This document shows positions 61,701 through 64,000 of a stretch of DNA of 64,000 nt, piece after piece. Each line of letters begins with the position of its first letter. Within the stretch, counting starts at the first letter, position 1. The translations under genes and the position numbers were made by a program. A model generated the notes under the pieces. That model saw nothing but the letters and a program-made list of their open reading frames with translations. It had not been told where the DNA came from and did not search any database. Source of the stretch: Thainema sp. (GTDB taxonomy: Bacteria; Cyanobacteriota; Cyanobacteriia; Phormidesmidales; Phormidesmidaceae); assembly GCA_052168235.1 (NCBI GenBank), contig JBQLZK010000022.1:1-64000 (forward strand). The letters run 5' to 3'.

Positions 61701-62561
61701 GTGCATTATCGAATCAAACACATAACCCACTATACCTACAGCAAACCTGTACCCCTCATGCCGCATGTTGTCCGTCTGCGACCTCGCAGCGATGGACAGC
61801 AAATTGTTCATCAGTTTTCTATGCAGATTGATCCGAAACCAACAGGTTGGTCTGAACTGACTGAACTAGACGGCAATGCCATCACGCGGCTGTGGTTTAC
61901 CGATCTTGAGCTGGAGTCGCTCAAGATACATGTCACGTCTGAGGTGGAAACGCTCGGCTCTAATCCGTTCAATTATCTGCTGGAAACTTGGGCAACTCAT
62001 CTGCCAATTCACTATCCCCAAATGATGGCGCTCCATCTCCAGCCTTACCTCCAGGGCCAATATACCCAAACGATTGACCCAGTTGCGATCGCACTTGCCC
62101 AAGACATCTACCACAGCGTTGATCGCCAGGTGGTTCCGTTTCTCACTACGCTCAATCAGCGCATCCATGATGAGTGTGAATACACAGTGCGGGAAACGGG
62201 AGAACCGTTCCCCGCTGGAATTACGTGGCAGGAAAAACTCGGATCGTGCCGCGACTATGCGGTTTTGTTTGTTGAAGCCTGTCGGGCAGTTGGTTTAGCG
62301 GCTCGGTTCGTCAGCGGCTACCAAAAACCTGATCCAGATGCCAAAAATCTCGACCTCCACGCTTGGGCAGAGGTGTATTTGCCAGGTGCGGGCTGGCGTG
62401 GATTTGATCCGACAAATGCTGTTGCTGTCGCCGATCATCACGTGCCGCTGGTCGCAACCTCCCACCCTCGCTATGCTTCACCTGTATCAGGGATACTGCG
62501 TCCCGGCAGTCATGCTCAGTCAAATATGGACACACAAATTAAGTTTGAGATTATTGAGTAA
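61701..62561 (+). CDS. Transglutaminase-like protein
   Basis: GSCRDYA, ARFVSGY, HAWAEVYLPGAGW and FDPTN (Cys-His-Asp triad). Confidence 0.93.
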   Translation: MHYRIKHITHYTYSKPVPLMPHVVRLRPRSDGQQIVHQFSMQIDPKPTGWSELTELDGNAITRLWFTDLELESLKIHVTSEVETLGSNPFNYLLETWATHLPIHYPQMMALHLQPYLQGQYTQTIDPVAIALAQDIYHSVDRQVVPFLTTLNQRIHDECEYTVRETGEPFPAGITWQEKLGSCRDYAVLFVEACRAVGLAARFVSGYQKPDPDAKNLDLHAWAEVYLPGAGWRGFDPTNAVAVADHHVPLVATSHPRYASPVSGILRPGSHAQSNMDTQIKFEIIE

Positions 62562-62618
62562 CCCTGAGTAACGCTGAATTTGCCACGCCTATTGTGTACC
62601 TTGCCAATTAGAACCACA

Positions 62619-62660
62619 GGAGGGGAATTTTGCCGCATCATATTGGCAAAATTCCCCTCC
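62619..62660. terminator. 16-bp hairpin between convergent genes
   Basis: GGAGGGGAATTTTGCC-N10-GGCAAAATTCCCCTCC. Confidence 0.6.
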
Positions 62661-62693
62661 TGAATTTTGGGACCAAATTCGGTATGAGATCCT

Positions 62694-63413
62694 TTAAAGT
62701 CGCTTTTTAAGCATACGAGTTGCACCCAGCGCGACTAGACCTAAAGCAGCAGCGGTTGTTGGTTCAGGGATATCTTTTACGACATCTTCAACATTCGCAA
62801 CAAAGAGCGTTGCGTGGGACAGTCCAAGTGGAATGCCTCGCTTATTCGTGGCCACCCCATCAGTAATCCAGCTACCACCTAGCACATCGTCAGCGCTTTC
62901 AAAAAAGTAAGCGCTCCAGTAGTTGCCAGCTTTGAGGCTGATAACAAAAGGGCCGTCAATTGAGCTATCAATGCTCCAGTTGCCCGCAGTACCGTTAGAA
63001 TCAACGTCAAAATTCAGCAGACCACCTCCTTCATCGGATTTCCCGATAAAGTCCCAGTCTGTTATGCCGTTGAAAACACCACTGGATAGCTGGTCAAATA
63101 GGGCACCGGAACCATCACCCTGAGCATCATTACCGCCAAATTGACCAATGCAAGACGTTGCATTGGTTGAGCCACCACCAACTAAATCAAATGTGACAGA
63201 ACCGGACTCACAGCTTACCGATGATGACGTTGATGTCTGTTCTTTGTCCTGATTTTTGTCACTTCCACCATCCTTAGATGTCTGTTCTTTGTCCTGATTT
63301 TTGTCATTTCCACCACCCTTATTGGATGGCTTTGCCTCTGCACTGATAGGTGCCAGCAGGATTCCAGCCATCAAGAGGGTTCCAAACAACAGCTTTAGTT
63401 TCATGTTGTCCAA
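62694..63413 (-). CDS. PEP-CTERM sorting-domain surface protein
   Basis: Signal peptide ending AEA; C-terminal IPEPTT, hydrophobic helix and basic KKR tail. Confidence 0.88.
   Translation of the reverse strand: MDNMKLKLLFGTLLMAGILLAPISAEAKPSNKGGGNDKNQDKEQTSKDGGSDKNQDKEQTSTSSSVSCESGSVTFDLVGGGSTNATSCIGQFGGNDAQGDGSGALFDQLSSGVFNGITDWDFIGKSDEGGGLLNFDVDSNGTAGNWSIDSSIDGPFVISLKAGNYWSAYFFESADDVLGGSWITDGVATNKRGIPLGLSHATLFVANVEDVVKDIPEPTTAAALGLVALGATRMLKKRL
63232..63321 (-). repeat. In-frame 45-bp tandem duplication
   Basis: Two copies, 43/45 identical, each encoding GG.DKNQDKEQTS. Confidence 0.9.
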
Positions 63414-63640
63414 AATCCTTGTCGAAACTCCGAAGACCGCAATCAGTACAGAACAGATATAACTGTTACATTCGATACTGGATTGCCAATTTCAAGGTAG
63501 CAGCAAGGATCTCAACATACCCTCAGTAATATTAGGGTGTCAGCAGCATCTTATTCGACTCTTCACAAAGCTAAGTATCTTGTGTATTTACGCTAGTTGA
63601 TACACAAAAGCTAGTATTAACACGGAGACAATATTCAAAT

Positions 63641-64000
63641 TTACTGAGGCCAAGTCGCTTTGATGCTGTTGTCGGTTTTCGGACGGACTTTTACGCGAAT
63701 TGCGATCGCAGTAATGTTGTCATGGCCATTGTGCTGATTTCCCAGATCGATTAAGGCACTAATGCCTTCATCTAGACTCTGATTGAGATTCAACAGTGGT
63801 TCGACATGGCTATGCCAGTGGGTTTCGAGCAAATCGTTGTCGCTTAAGCCGTCTGAGCATAACAACAGCAGTGTATCTTCTGACAGCTCTAGGTACTCAA
63901 CATCTGGCGCGATGAACCCATCATCTCTAGGGCCAAGGGCTTGGGTGAGTTGGTAGGCGTCTGGACGCCCGTAGGCGATATCAGCTTCAACTCCTCGCTG
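63641..64000 (-). CDS. PP2C-family Ser/Thr phosphatase, C-terminal part (runs off the window)
   Basis: AYQLTQALGPR, LLCSDGLSD and GHDNIT motifs. Confidence 0.88.
   Translation of the reverse strand, partial: QRGVEADIAYGRPDAYQLTQALGPRDDGFIAPDVEYLELSEDTLLLLCSDGLSDNDLLETHWHSHVEPLLNLNQSLDEGISALIDLGNQHNGHDNITAIAIRVKVRPKTDNSIKATWPQ

Noticed and set aside
1..64000. CRISPR array or cas, retron or other defence genes
   Set aside because: No regularly spaced direct repeats with unique spacers; the palindromes are dispersed and differ in sequence; no RT, Cas or intact nuclease ORFs recognised.

Overview
This is a chromosomal window from a cyanobacterium. HIP1 (GCGATCGC) is abundant and the gene set looks like that of a filamentous Leptolyngbya-like strain (taxon is inference). 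Core genes: fbaA, tRNA-Lys(UUU), metF, trpS, menB, sdhA, the fbp-tal-zwf-opcA operon divergent from pfkA, hisIE, dnaK and acylphosphatase. An accessory stretch at about 10.9-19.9 kb holds an MddA-like methanethiol methyltransferase behind a perfect CRP box, an AAC(3)-I-like acetyltransferase, a hybrid kinase-diguanylate cyclase, two toxin-antitoxin pairs with only the toxin broken, and a third pseudogene. It is followed by a SiaABCD-like partner-switching/c-di-GMP module. Near the end is a circularly permuted ATP-grasp/alpha-E/transglutaminase operon with a candidate NtcA box. The most striking unexplained structure is intergenic: many elements of about 90-105 bp with imperfect outer inverted repeats, mostly ending in or near TA, around a long central palindrome with a 3-nt loop. 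Two families each have two copies, and in one family every central-arm difference is mirrored on both arms. No CRISPR array, transposase, integrase or prophage is seen. All protein calls come from motif recognition by eye, not database searches.
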